This document shows, one piece after another, positions 1 to 14,300 of a stretch of DNA of 64,000 bases (position 1 is its first letter; every line of letters starts with the position of its first letter). Made by a program: the position numbers and the translations under genes. The notes under the pieces are model-generated. The model was not told the origin of the DNA. It did not search any database and worked only from the letters and a program-made list of their open reading frames with translations. Location of the stretch: positions 618,156 through 682,155 of the forward strand of contig JAAOMT010000523.1 of the NCBI GenBank assembly GCA_016748015.1. Reading direction: 5' to 3'. This DNA is from Geosiphon pyriformis uo1. Its lineage: Eukaryota > Fungi > Glomeromycota.

Positions 1-1
1 G

Positions 2-652
2 AGCATGGTTTTCGATGGAATAAAGAAATTGAATAAAGGTGAAAAACATTTGAAGATTACTTGTGACAATGCGGGTGGTCAAAATAAAAATAATGCTACC
101 ATTTGATTTTATCTGTATTTAATAATTTGCGGTTATTACGAAAGTATCGAATTAAATTTCATGGTACCTGGACATACCAAATTTAAGTGTGATGGTAGTT
201 TTGGATTGATTAAAAAGCTTTATCGAAAAACAACAGTAGATTGTGTGGATCATATTGTTGAAGTTGTGAAAAAATCAAGTACAGCGGGATTAAACAAAGC
301 TCAGTGCTATGAAAACGGCAAAGGCTTTCAATACTTAGATCTTAATTCCGTGTTGGGAATTTTCTTTAAGAAATTGAGTGGTTTACAAAAGTATCAGCAT
401 TTTCTATTTGAAGCAGCTAACCCTGGCATTGTCAAAGCTCAGCTGGTTGCTAAAGGTACTTATAGTGAATTTAATTTGTTAAAAACTAAAAAAGCAAGTG
501 TTTCTGAAATTACCAAAGAAATTAAGTCCTTTTCAATCCTAGTACTAACCCCTCCTTCTTTGGATGACAGAAGGCAAGAATACCTTTATCACAATATTCG
601 TTCATTTGTTCGGGATGAATTCAAAGATATCACTTGTCCAGAACCAATCTAA
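2..652 (+). CDS. 5'-truncated DDE/DDD transposase-like protein (DNxxGQNKN...GHTKF.CD family); open from the window edge if TGA=Trp
   Basis: Frame from nt 2 reads ...ITCDNAGGQNKNNATI[TGA 104-106]FYLYL...NFMVPGHTKFKCDGSFGLIKK and continues into ORF 161..652. The only interruption is one TGA at a Trp-compatible position. CpGs are retained. Confidence 0.7.
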
Positions 653-703
653 TCTACACTGCCAATAAATAAAACATATTTATATTACCAAAGCTGTAGA
701 AAT

Positions 704-1699
704 ATGAATAATCAAAACAAAATTGATTCCTTTTACACTCTTATCAAAGAACAAATCAAACTCAAAGGGAGAGAATTAAAAATTATTTGTGATTGAGATG
801 AATGTTTACAAAGCAGTAAACCTTTTTTGTTGTGAGAAACGGAAAAGAAAAATTTTTCTTTTAAGGATTATTTTAAAAGATTTTGAAACAAAGCTAAAAT
901 GCCACTTATAGTCTTAAAGATCATGGCTCAGACATTAATGCTGATGTAATAAATTTATAAGAATGATCTTACATTGATAAAGATGATCCAAATGAGAAGA
1001 CAAATATTCAAAGATTAGCTTCTGGAGAATTAAAAAGAATTAGAACAAAACAAGAAGAGCAATATTATAGTAAACAATTTTTTTTTTATGATTGTTCTCT
1101 TTTTTTGTCTATTGTTCAAGGATTATTGCAAGCTTTAAAAAAAGAACTAATTAGTGAATTAGTGATTATAACTGCTTTTAAAAAAAAAAACACTCTAAAG
1201 ATTATCTAGTGGAGAAAAAAAAAAATTTGGCAAAACTTGAGAACAATTTTCACAAGCCAAAGTTGATTTTATTAAAACTAAAATTGTTTTAGAACAAGAA
1301 TTAGTTCAATCTATAAGATAAAATTATATTAAAAAACATTATTTCAATTTTGATTTATATATTAATAACTATCTCTTTTTACTTAAAAAAACTAATGAAC
1401 TTATTCTTAACAGTTTTTATGTATTATCAAATTTTGCTTGTAGTAGATATCTTTAGGCTTCTAATATTTATCATTTTGAAACTAATGCTATTGGTCTCAA
1501 AAATAAAAACTTTGTTATTGCTATCTTAGAAATGAAAAATTACCAGTTAAAAAAAAAGCTAAAATCTCTGCAAACACAAAAGAAAGACAGCTGAGTTTGT
1601 TGGATGGTAATTAATAAATTACTACTTTTTTTTTTAGTTGTTTTAATAGTTAAAATTATAATAGTAATAGTTCAGAAAAAAGGTTTTAGAAAGAACTAA
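704..1699 (+). pseudogene. Code-4 (Mollicutes-like) HAD-superfamily hydrolase with C-terminal membrane anchor, decayed in its 3' part
   Basis: ATG at 704: MNNQNKIDSFYTLIKEQIKLKGRELKIICD[TGA]DECLQ gives an hhhDxD HAD motif I. In-frame TGA at 794, 833 and 884; later TGA at 964 and 1592. FDLYINN near 1350-1370 may be a decayed IDD motif. Ends in a hydrophobic run (LLLFFLVVLIVKIIIVIV) then KKGFRKN-TAA (1697-1699). Frameshift near 900 and TAA/TAG stops downstream. Confidence 0.6.
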
Positions 1700-4600
1700 A
1701 AAACTATAAGCAAAACAATAGCAAAGATCAAATCAAGCCATTATTTTTCATTCTTTTTGGTAAATTTTATAAGTAATTTTTTTTTTGTTTAAATATTTCT
1801 TAAGAATTTTGGTATTATTGATTTTAAAAATATATAAAGCAATTTTTTTTTCTTGAGATTTTTTAGAATGCTTCTAATAGTGCTGTACTTCTTGAATTCT
1901 ATAGTAGATTTAATGTAAATTAGTTTTATATATTTTATTTTTATATAGAGATAATTCTATATTAATCCTGTTATGATTTATATTTATCACATTCTGGTAT
2001 AATAAAGTGAGTATTAAAATTAACAAGTTTATAAGTTATAAATAAGCACTATTATTGTTTTTTAAAATATTATCAATCATACTGGTCAATTTCATAAAAT
2101 TAGTCTCTTATTTATATTATATAATCAAATATTCACTTTAACTGGTTTTATTGCAGCATGCCTTATATAATATTAATCAAAAAATCAACAAAATTTTATT
2201 ATTGTATTTAATTATAATAATAAAATTTTAATTTTCAATTATTAACAACATATTTATTTATTTAATTTATATTGTGAATTGAGTTTTAAATGAATTTTTT
2301 TCAATTAATTCTATAAATATTAAATTAATAAAATATATGTTGATTTGTATAATTAAAATTAATAAGTTTTATTTGCTATATTTGGTGTTTAATAATGACA
2401 AAAAAAATTTTATTTAAAATTCATAATATTTAAAATCCAGTTCTTTTGATACTTATTTTACATGATATGAAACTGAAATGGTAAAAACTCTGACCTGTTT
2501 TCTGGTTTTCTTCTTATATTGTAGTCTTGAAATGTTTGACTTTTAACATCTTGAATAAAAATGATTTAAGAGAATAAAATATTATACATAAATAGTAAGT
2601 AGTACTAAAAAATACCAAATAAGACTACATGACTCTCAAAAAAAGATCAAAGTTCTATTAAACAATTTTTGGTGAAAAATATTCCAGCCCTATTTTCACC
2701 TTTGTGAATTAAAGTTTCAGTTCTGCCAGTTATACACCTTTGATCTTTATATTAGCTATAAGTTTTGGATATAAAAACTTATTTTGAATAACAATACAGA
2801 TTTCTAATTCCTTAGTCTTGGGTAATTAAAAGTAAATAGAAACAATAATAAGCCAAAAAAACATTTCTGAAGTCTTTTTTTCATTTTAAAATTTGTCACA
2901 TCTAACACCTCAAAAGTGAAATGACAATTGTTACAAGTGAAAAATAAGATTGTTTTTCTGTTAATTCTATTCTGTAGACACACAATCTGGGTTTTGAGTT
3001 TCTTATGCTTTAAAATAGAGACAACCAGTTTATACAGGCAAACAATTCATCCAATATTAATCTGAACAAGATTATATTTAATAGTAAACTTTAATATTCT
3101 CAAAAACCAACAAATAAATGTTTTTCTAAAAGACCCAAAACAAGTTTACAGCTCTATTCATACAATCTCTATTAATTCTGATGTTTATACATACTCTAAG
3201 AATGGATAAAATTGGCTCTGTTATTATTGTTTTTATACTTAGTGTTAAAGTATAAAGGCCATAGCAGCATTTATTTTTATTCTTAAAAAAAAAAATTGAA
3301 TTAAAAAAATTTAATCCTAGAAACTAATTTTACAAATCATAATACTTTAATGCAAAAACTTACATAACTATAATGTATTGTGCTGTAATCAATAATATTA
3401 GTAAAACTGTAACTTTGTAAGATGGCTTTACAGATGTTTTTGTTGAAACATCTTAAGCTTTATTTATTTATTTTCTGCCATTTTGCTTAAACATAATACA
3501 ATACTCTTTGTTTTATTTCACTATGATATTAAAAGCAAATTTCAATCATTATTGTGAAAGCTGTTTTTAAGTGTGATTAGAATACATCATGATCAACAAA
3601 GTGTAGTTGAAAGTTTTTTCCAAGTATTATTACTTGTTGTGTACTGTTGTTTTGGTTTTTAAATAACACTTTTTGTTTGTTGTAATACTCTCTTCTATAC
3701 TCTTAGATCTTAAAAGTGAAAACAGTATTAATGGTAAAAATATCTTAAAAAAATTCATACTTGTTAAAGAGAACCATGAGTTTTGTAGAATAAAAATTTA
3801 TTGGAGAGGTTAAAAGCAAGCAAAAGACAATAACAATATGTAAACACAACTTCTGAAATTACTTAGCTTTAAGTCACAGTCATTTAAAATTAACACCTAA
3901 GCTATTGTTCTTAAAAAGTTTGTTGGTAAAGATCAAGAGAAGCAACTTTTGTCATCAGAGATTTTTTTGTTGCTTGGTGTTAAAAACATAAACATAGAAG
4001 TGGTTTTTTTTGATAGTAGAAGTAATAACAGCATTAATCAAAAGTTATTTTGGAAAAAAAATAGAAGAGCAAAAAGAGGTACAGGTATTTATTGTCATGA
4101 TTTTGAACCTAATATCAATATTTTATTAATAGATATTACTCAATAAAAAATAACAGCTGATAATAACACAATTTTTATTTATCAAGCAATAAAGTATCAG
4201 AAATTCTCAGAAAAAAATATTATAAAATTGTTTATTAATGAACAGAATAGCAAAAAAAATGTGAATCTATGTTCTAAGTATTTTAATAGAAAGTTAAAGT
4301 TCATTAATATATAAAAAATTTTCTTGGTTATATCAATATTAACAGATAATAGCATATTAAATCCAAAACAAAAACCAAATTATAAAATACAATTATGTTT
4401 TCTTACAAACAGAAAAAATTTTCACTTTGTATAAGTATAGCCAATTGTTTATGGATAATCAAGATATAAATCATTTCAAATCAATCATGTTATATGTAAA
4501 AAAAACAGTGAAAAATTGGCAATTTTAATAGTTTGAGAAACTGCAATACCAATAGAGTACATCTAGTAAATAACTTTTTTCAAAAAAAATCAGACATTTG

Positions 4601-4884
4601 CTTTATGGCTTTAAAAATTAAGTTGATCATAAAGATTATTTTAAAGTAATAGAGATTTAGTAAGAAGTTTCATATATGATTTTATTTTGGGTTTTCTAAC
4701 CAGATTAGAAACAAAATTTAATGTAAATATTAGTAAATACTTCGAATTTTTGGGGTTTTTAATGATAATATTTTTTATCAAGAATATAATCTTGGATTTT
4801 GGACCAATTTTAGAAAATGAGTTTTTTAGAGACAAAATATGGCTTTAGAAAAAAGTTTTGATTTCAAAAGAACTCTTTTGAAAT

Positions 4885-7800
4885 TTTTGTTAACCATGTT
4901 AATGCAAGATTTTGACATGTTCAAAACAACATTTTTTCAATATTCTAGCAATAACAATAACATTAATTGTCTGTTAACTAGCTTTACCACTATTAAGCAA
5001 GATAATACTAAAGCAATTACTACTTATTTAGAACACTTCCACAGGAATCTGCACCAAATTCAAGTAATTAAAGCTAACTATTTTATAGCACCACAAAGCT
5101 TGAATTAATTTATTTGTGGATTATACAACAGTTTGTTACAACAAATATGTCCAATATACCTAAATACTTTTCAAGATACAGTTACACATGTCAGAGATTT
5201 TAAATTGGCCAAACTCAAAGCCAATCATATGCAAGCCATAAATCTAGTTATAAACAGATTATTTAAATTGGATTTTAAGCTAAAACAATTTAATAATTCA
5301 ATCAACCAAAAATTAAAAGAATATTTAATTAACAATTAAACAATCTATTAATCTTCTTAATATTATAACAATCTAAGAAGTTCAAGTTGCTTTCAAAATT
5401 AGCCACATTTATCATCATTATTATCAAATCAACTATAACAACAAAAAATATGTAATTGCTATTATTGTGATAAACAAAACTATCTAAAAGCAGATTATCA
5501 CTCCAGATTTAATAACTTATAATTAAAAAACCAATATAGAAGCCTTAATTACAGGTTTTAAACTCAGAACTATATCAACAATTTATTATTGGAATCATAT
5601 TAACCCTATTATACACTAATAATATAACAACTTATATATATACTTCTAATATATCAAATTTTAGCACCAGTAATTTATTAGCCACAGTCACAAATAATTT
5701 ATCAATCTTAACAAATTCAAACACCATTCCAACATACTGTGCCAATATTAACCAAAAACCAAAAACTGAGAATTATGCATATCTAACAAAACTAAAGATC
5801 AGCAATGATAATATATTAACTAATCTCTAGTTTATTAAACCAGCCATTAGAATTATGCCAATAGAGTTCAAAAAGTAGGTATATTCAAAATCCAAATTCT
5901 TAGAACTATTGAAGTCTACTAGTAATTCCAGAAATTATAACACCCAAATTACTAGAAACCAATTTAATACTACTTACTAATAATATCTCACTAGTAATTA
6001 TTACAGAAGACAAATTACTAACTACTATCTTTCTATTTGAGTTGGAAAACCAATCAGAAATTCTGTTATTTAATAGAGTCATTTTTAATATCAAACTTAT
6101 TATCATTATATATATTAATGCCAAAGTTAATGGCCAATCTATTAAACTAATCTTTGATAGTAGATTAGTAAACAGTATCATCATTTAACAACTTATAGAC
6201 CAATTAGATTGTTGAGTTGATTATATTGCCAACACCAAAATTATTATAGCTGATAAAACAACTAAAACTCTTATTGGTAAAATTAATAACTTCTCTTTTA
6301 AAATCAATGATATTATTACACTTATTAAAGTTTTTATCATAGAAGCCACACAATACCAAGTTTTTATTGATAATAACTGGCTGTTTAAGACTAATGCCAT
6401 ACTTAACTAAAATACTTAAGAGCTATAGCTTAGTTAAGATAATCAGTATACGCAGATACCAGCCATCTGCAATTATTTCAAAATAACTCAATTACAATCA
6501 TTAATAAAATTTAAAAAAAAATAAACAAACTTATTTAAGAAGCCTATTAAGTTTTATGGGTTAACAATAATCATAATAAACTATTATCAATTCTATTTTA
6601 GAATGACAAAGAAAAAAAAAAATGAATTTTAAACCATCATTTTTACTGAAAAAACAAATAATAATTGGCATATTTTATACTTAACAGAATCAAGAAAAAA
6701 ACTATTTTATATTTTTTTTAGGTGTATTAATTATAAAAAAAGCTTTTTTTTATGAAAGCTTGAATATTGCCTAAAGAAGACTATTATATATGTATTTGCT
6801 ATTATTGTAAAGTATGCTACCAAAAATGCTTTAGTTATTTAAAATGACAAAAAAAGTGTGACAACAAATTATGTTTCACTTATGGGAAAACAATACTTAA
6901 TAAAAGAATATGGAATGACATTTCTGGTTAAAAAAGAATATATAACACATTGTATCAATATACAATTCTTATAAGCGACTGAATAAGTTAAAAAATGTCT
7001 TTTAATGTTATGTAGAACTGAACACTTTTGTATTTGAATAGTTATTTATATAATAAAGATAAGATTTGAAAATAGCAAATGCCAAAATTAAAGGCATTTT
7101 ATCCAGTAAAATACTTATCATAAAAACCAATCCACCAGAATCTATTAAAACTATTTTCATTCTAAATCTAGACATTTTTGTTAACATTCTGAGCAATTCA
7201 AAATAATTCTACAAATACTACCAAGATCTAACATTTACTTGAAAAAAGCAAAAACAATATTTAGAACAATTAAACACTAGACTCTATAAATATTGTCTAA
7301 TTCTTAGTAACTTTAAATATTGTGATAATTGTGATCTTATTTACAATTTATTATTATGTATAATCTATTTAATTCCTGAAAAAAAACCAATTAACAATTG
7401 TACTTTAGAATTAAAATTAAAATTCAATCATAATTCAGACTTTAACAATAACAACAACAATAATTTTAACTTTATTCATAATGGCAACAGCAGTAATAAT
7501 AATCTAAATCTCAATTCTAACTCTAAACAATATATTGTACTTTCAAATTTTTTAATAAAGCAGAAACTTAAATAGTTCAACAATAATGATAAGAATATTA
7601 TGCCAAAATGATTATATAATACTAATGTAGAGTTTAATCTCAGATATCCAGGAAAAATTGTCATTAGATTGGAACTTCATTTGCATACTAGTATAAATTT
7701 AAAAATAGTACTGGAAATTTCAACAACAATAATTCAATTAGCATTTAAATCTAATTTAGCAAAAAAAAGATCAATATTAGAAAAAAAATAATTAACACAG

Positions 7801-10460
7801 AATATATAGAAAATATTATTACAATGTTACAAAATAAATCAGAAAAAGCATATATTATTAAACCAAATAAAAAAATAGCACAGACAATATTCCTATCTCT
7901 AATAAAAATAACTTAATTAATGTTAGTAAAAATAAAAAAAAGTTAGAGATTACAGCAAAAGAAATAAATAGATTTGGATCTATGAATAAAATAGAAATAA
8001 CAGTTAATATGACAGAAGAGAAAATAATTAATAAGGGAGAAATTATTTTTACCAATCAATCTATTTCTATTTTATCATATGATCAGCATATGTTAACTAT
8101 AGAAAGAAAAATAAAGAATCAACTCCAAATTTTTGAAATAAAAGCTACTATTTGTAAATCAGGAAAAATTGTTATTACCAATCTATATATAGCAACCAAA
8201 AACTATAAACACATTAAAATCTCAATATACAATATAACTGAAGACTTTATAAAAATACCAAGTTAAATTATTATTGAATATTTAAGTACTCAAGTTAAAA
8301 ACCAACCACCAATCATCATTTCAGACTTTTATAATTATGTAAATATGTGAACATCATATTACAGACCATATACAGACAAAAAAAATATTATTTGCTATAA
8401 TTAGAACAATTAAAACAAATAAACTTGGAAAATTTAAACCCATTTTAACAAATACAACTTAAAATATTGCTCAACAATTTTACTGATGTTTTTACAAGTG
8501 AAACCAAATTTGGCTGAATTAACATCATTCAACACCAAATTAAAACTGGAAATACAATGTCAATTAAACAATAAACATACAGAGTACTATTAATTAGCCA
8601 CAAAATTACTTGACAAAAAATCAACTAAATATTAGACAATAAGTTAATTCAATTATTAATAAGTCTATGGTTTTTATCAATAATATTTGTTCAGAAAAAA
8701 AATAGAAAAATCTGCTTTTGTGTAAACTACTGAAAACTTAACAGTATTATTTGTAAAGATAGTTATTCAACTTTATGGATCCAAAAACTATTTGATGCTT
8801 TTGAAAAAAAAATAGTTTTCAATATTAGACTTAAATAGTGATTATTAACAAGTAGTCATAAATTCAGTTAACAAAGAAAAAACAATATTTACTATCAGAA
8901 AAAAGAATTTTAAATTCGACATTATGCTATTTGATTTAACTAATATTTCAGCCACTTTTCAATGACTAATAGAAATTGTCTATACAGAATTACTATAGAA
9001 ATTAGTAGTAATTTACTTAAATAACACCAATATGTTTTCCAAGACATTTGATAATCATCTTTATTATCTTTAGTAAGTATTTGAAAAGTTAAAAAAAGCT
9101 AAATTAAAACTGAATATAACCAAATACTTTTTTGAAAAAACCAAACTCAAGTTTTTAAAATATGTCATAAGCAAAAACAGCATAAAAACAGATTTTGATA
9201 AAATTGAAATAATTAAGAACTTTCTAGTACAAACAAACTTGATAGAACTAAGAGTATTTTTGAATTTACTAGATACTACTGTCATTTTATTTAAAACTTC
9301 TTCAAACTGGCTTAATCATTTTACCAGCTCCAAACAAAAAACATTAAATATGAATAAACTAAGACTTACCAAGAAGCTTTTAACATCTTAAGAAAAAAGC
9401 TCATTTAAGCTCCAGTATTAATTTATTCAGATTATAGTAAGTTATTTATTGTTATTATTAATGCATCAGATCAAGTTTTGAGAGCTGTTATCAAAGGTTT
9501 TTGGTCTCTTTTCTTGAATGTTGTTAATGTTTGTTTGCTGTGAATTTATGTTCTCAAGAAGTAGTTAAATCTTCAATAACTAAATTTATTTTTAAATTAT
9601 CTCTTATAATTTGAACTACTGGACTTATAAGTAGAATGGCCAATTTTATGCCAGTTACTTTATGTAGTTATATTGTAGTAAACATTAATTTTTTCTTAGA
9701 AATTGTCTGTCTGAAAGCTTACTAAAATATGTAATTACTTTGCTATAAAAGTCAACTTTTCTACAGAAATTTTGTCTATAGGCTACCTTAATAATTATGA
9801 TAAAAAAAGAAAAGAAAAGAAATATAAAAGAAATATAAAAGAAATAGAATTTTGTCAGAAGAAACGTTTTCTATTCAGGCCTGGAATCACTAACAAATTA
9901 CTGAAATTGGTAGCTAATTAATTTCAAAATATTAGTTGTGTTAAGAAAATTTCAAGTGTAATAATTAAGGATTTGGTTTTCAAATATTTAATTTTTATTT
10001 AAGATGTGTAAAAAATAATTTGTTCTAATTAAGATATCTAAAGTAAGATACTATAGTAAGATATATTTTCTTGAAGAAAAAAGCTTTTCTTTTATACAAC
10101 TTGCTATAGTATTAGTTTTTGAATTTGCACTTTTCTCTTTGCTTTAATTTCGGCAAACTACAAGTTATTTCTATAAACTATTGATTATTTCGGCCAATTT
10201 CTGCTAATTTCGGCAAATTTTTGAATATTAAATGGTTTAGGGTATTGTGTAATTTGATCATCTTAATTTCTATGATACAAATCGGGTTATTAATTGAATA
10301 TTAATATTTGATAATTTGATTAAATAATAAGTAATAATCAAAATAATAATAATATATACTAATTAATAATAGGAATTATGAGGGTAATTTCATGCTAATT
10401 AATAGCTAAAATTTTATTAATAACAGAGTTATATTATTACAAAAAAAATCAGATAAATGA
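4885..10460 (+). mobile_element. Ty3/Gypsy family A copy A (5'- and 3'-truncated: gag-PR-Cys domain-dUTPase-RT-start of RNase H)
   Basis: Gag (SNNNNINCL..TTIKQ; RDFKLAKL), protease remnant (LIFDSRLVNSII ~6150), dUTPase remnant ~7600-7985, RT remnant ~8500-9300. RNase H is interrupted by a solo LTR at 9486-10425 and ends at copy B. Confidence 0.9.
9486..10425 (-). repeat. Solo LTR, family B
   Basis: TGTTA...TAACA termini. Reverse complement of the LTR at 61215-62174. 4-bp TSD GAGC/GAGT. Host RNase H sequence resumes at 10426. Confidence 0.9.
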
Positions 10461-11334
10461 TGTTATTTATAGAAAAATACAAAGAAAAAAAGCTGAAAAA
10501 ACAGAATAAAAAAATAGACTAATAAGAAAATAGTATTTAACACATGAGCACAATATCAAAAACTATAATATATTGTTCAGCAATATGCATAGTGCTAACA
10601 AATTAGAGCATACTGCTCAACAATATGAGCAATATTAGTAAATTAAAACACATTGCTCAAGAAAATGTGAGATCTCATAAAACAAAAAATAGATATATAT
10701 AGCAAGAGTATTAGAAGCAGAAAAAGCAGAATCCATCTTAAAATTAATATCCACAATTAATTAATTATCTCATATTTTTTCTTTTAAAAAGTAGTTTTCT
10801 ACAACTTAAAGTAAAATCCAATTACATATCAATAAAATATCTATTATTACCTGAATTTATGTTATTGTCATTAATTAAAAAATATTAATCATCTTTATTC
10901 TATTAACATTCTATATTAATAGAATCCAATACTTGATCATATTGAAACAATAGCTCTTGATTATGACTATTAATAAAATTTTTATTTTTTTTATTTTTTT
11001 TTATTTTTTTATTTTGTTTCTTTGCTGTTTACTAAATTGATTCAAGAATTAATGTACAGAGTTATTAATATCAAAAAAAACTGGTAAAAGACCAAAAATA
11101 AGAATAAAAACTCAGAATTTGAGAATAGCTTGCCAAAAAAAACTAGCCATCAAGCTGAGAAAGAAATTCACAAAATATATTTTTAAGAGAATATTGAAAC
11201 AACTATTGAATTTTTGTCTATTATATAAAGGACTCAACCAAAAACTTTCAGATATTATTAATACTACCAAGTTATTAAGCACCAAATTATGGATTTGTTA
11301 TTTGTATCAATAGACCAAATAATCATTTGTAATA

Positions 11335-11353
11335 TTTGGTGCTTTTTGTGAGG
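11335..11353 (+). promoter_or_regulatory. Primer binding site (family A consensus TGGTGCTCCCTGTGAGG)
   Basis: Starts 2 nt after the LTR end with TGG. The same site is seen on the minus strand at ~41106-41124, ~47852-47870 and ~58858-58876. Complementary to a tRNA ending ...CCUCACAGGGAGCACCA (Met-elongator or Ile-UAU-like; identity inferred). Confidence 0.8.
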
Positions 11354-14300
11354 TATAATCTAACAGAAAACTAATACCAGCAACAATTATCTAAAACAGT
11401 AACAGAATTAGAAAAAATAGAGACAAATCACTTGAAATTTATGAAAACTTTATTCCAACACTATTAAATTCATTTCAGATTAACAAGTAATCATTAACCA
11501 GCAAAATTAATTTTCAATTTTTATGTTAACAAAAGGATTAAATCTTACTTAGAAGACTAAAAAAATTCAGAAGCAATATTTAACAACTTCTATAGTAAAT
11601 TACTTCAAAGTATTACACTTTCACAAAATCATTTGTTTATTTCAATAATTACAGAAATTAACAGAGAAATTAAGAAACACACTAGACAACAATTTTCTAT
11701 TATTTTTGCAGATAATGAAAAAAAAATTACAAACATCAACAAAAACACTAGAAAAAATACAACTACTTATTTAAAAGAAACCAATAATTGTTTTACTTAT
11801 TTATACATTATATCATTAGATGTCTGAAAATATTATCAATATACTATTAAGAGTCATATTATTATTAGCAAAAACATCATTAGCAAGAATAATGTTCCAA
11901 AGCAAACAAAAAAAAGCCGATTTATTAAGAACTTATAACAATTTTTTTGAAAAATTTAAATTGCGATCACTAATGTCATCAGAATTTTGATTACCATTAC
12001 TTCAACCCAATTTTGAAGCCACTAGTTTTTGAGAAAAAACTGAATCAGAAGAAAAGAAAAACAAAAATTGAGAATTTAATTATCAAAACCCAGAAATTCA
12101 AACCCTAATTGTTTCAACCCAGCAAAACCAAAACAATCCAAATCTCATGCTTATTGTTTTTTAAAACTTATTGCCAGTAATAATAATCAATTCACCACTA
12201 ATTGTACCAATTGCCAAACAACAACAACAGTCATAACACCCACTTCAACCACAACTACAACAATCAATTCTAGTACCAATGGCATACACATTTATTGTAA
12301 AATTGGAAAAATTTTCAGGTAAAGAAAACAATGCCTATATATGGTTAAACAATTTTATTAAAGCCATTATTACCAATAATTGGAATGATGCTAGAGCTCT
12401 TTAAGCCATCCCATATTTTTTCCAAAAAACTACCAACTCATGGTATTAAAGCTTAATTCAGAAACCCTAAATCTTTAATGAGTTTAAAGTTGAATTTTTG
12501 AGATATTTTAATAACAATAACAGCATTAATCACCTTATAACTGTCTTTACTACCATTAAACAAAGAGACACTGAAGCAGTCATTACTTATCTAGAACACT
12601 TCTACAGAAATCTGTACCAAATTCAAATTATTGACACTAATTATTTTATAGTATTACAAATTCTAAATCAGTTTATTTACAGTCTACACAGTAGTTTTTT
12701 ATAATACATATGCTTATTATATTTACAAACACTTCAAAATACAGTCACACACACCAGAAATTTTGAATTGGCCAAGCTAGAAGCTAACTATATTCAAGCC
12801 ATTAATCTAATAATAAGTGAATTATTTGACTTGGACTCTAAGTTGAAGCAATTTAGCAATTCCATAAATCAGAAAATTAAGAGATACTTAGCTAATAATC
12901 AAGCAATTTATTAGTCTCTACAATATCACAATAATCAAAGAAACTCAAATTATTTCCAAAATTAGCTGTGTCTATTATCGTTAATTAATTAACAATGGTG
13001 ACAAAAAATACATAGTTGTCACTATTGTGGTAAACAAAAACATTTGCAAATCAACTGTTACATTCAATTAAATGATTAATAATTGAAAAATCAATATTGA
13101 AATTCTGATTACCAATTTCAAACTCTGAATTTTCAATCAAATTAAGACTTATATTAGCCTCATTACACTCCAATGATGTAATAAATAATATATTTACTAC
13201 CAATTTATTAGACTCCAGCATTAGTAATATATCAACAACAGCCACAGATCATCTATTAACTTCAACTATTTTAAACATTACCACAAAACTCAGCTTAAAT
13301 AACATCCAGAAATTAAATACAGAAAATTACTTATATTTACCAAAACTAAAGATTAGCAATAGTAATACACCAACCAATTCCTAATTTATCAAACTCATTA
13401 TCAAGATCATGTCCAAAAAATTCAGAAAATAGATATGCCCAGAACTCGAATTTTTAGCACTATTTAAGTTTTTTGATTACTCCAAAAGACATCCAATTTA
13501 ATTACCAAGAAATCAACAACAAATCATCTATCAACAACATACTATTAGCCATTATTATAGAAGATAAATTATTAATTATTATATTCCCTTTCAAAATAGA
13601 AGACCTAACTAAAACACTCTTATTTAGTGAAACTACACTAAAAGCCAAACTTATTATTGCCATATATACCAATGCCAAAATCAATAGCCAATCTATTAAA
13701 CTAATTCTTAATAGTAGTTTAACCAGCAGCATTATTATTCATTAACTTATAGATCAATTAGATTACCAAATTAATAGAGCTGCCAGTGCCAGAATTATAA
13801 CAGCCAATAGAGCAATAAAAACTCCAATTGGCAAAATTAATGACTTTTTTTTTGAAGTCAATGGCATTATTGCCCCAATTAAAGTATTTATTATAAAAGC
13901 CATTAAATACCAAGCTCTTATTGGTAATAATTGGCTGTTTAAAACCAATACAGTACTTGATTGAAACACCCAAAAATTATAACTAAGCCAAAATAATCAA
14001 AACATTCAAGTACCAGCTACTTATGGTCATTTTAAAACCACCATTAACAAACAGCCACTAATTAAGTTTAAAGAGAAAAAAGAGAAACCTACTTGAGAAG
14101 TCTATTAAATCTTGTGGGCCAAAGACAACTACAATGAACTATTACTAATATTAGACTAAGAAAACAAAGAGAAAAAAAAGCCAAAAAAGAACCCAAAGTA
14201 ACTATCTCTATGTACATTTTATATAATAACTCTTATTTAAACTTATATTACTATTAACTTAAATTAATTTGCATTAATTGTGACAAAAAATTGTTATAAA

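Noticed and set aside
2900-3230. Possible tyrosine-recombinase (Crypton-like) remnant (KCFSKRPK)
   Set aside because: Only one short motif-like match; the catalytic residues cannot be identified.
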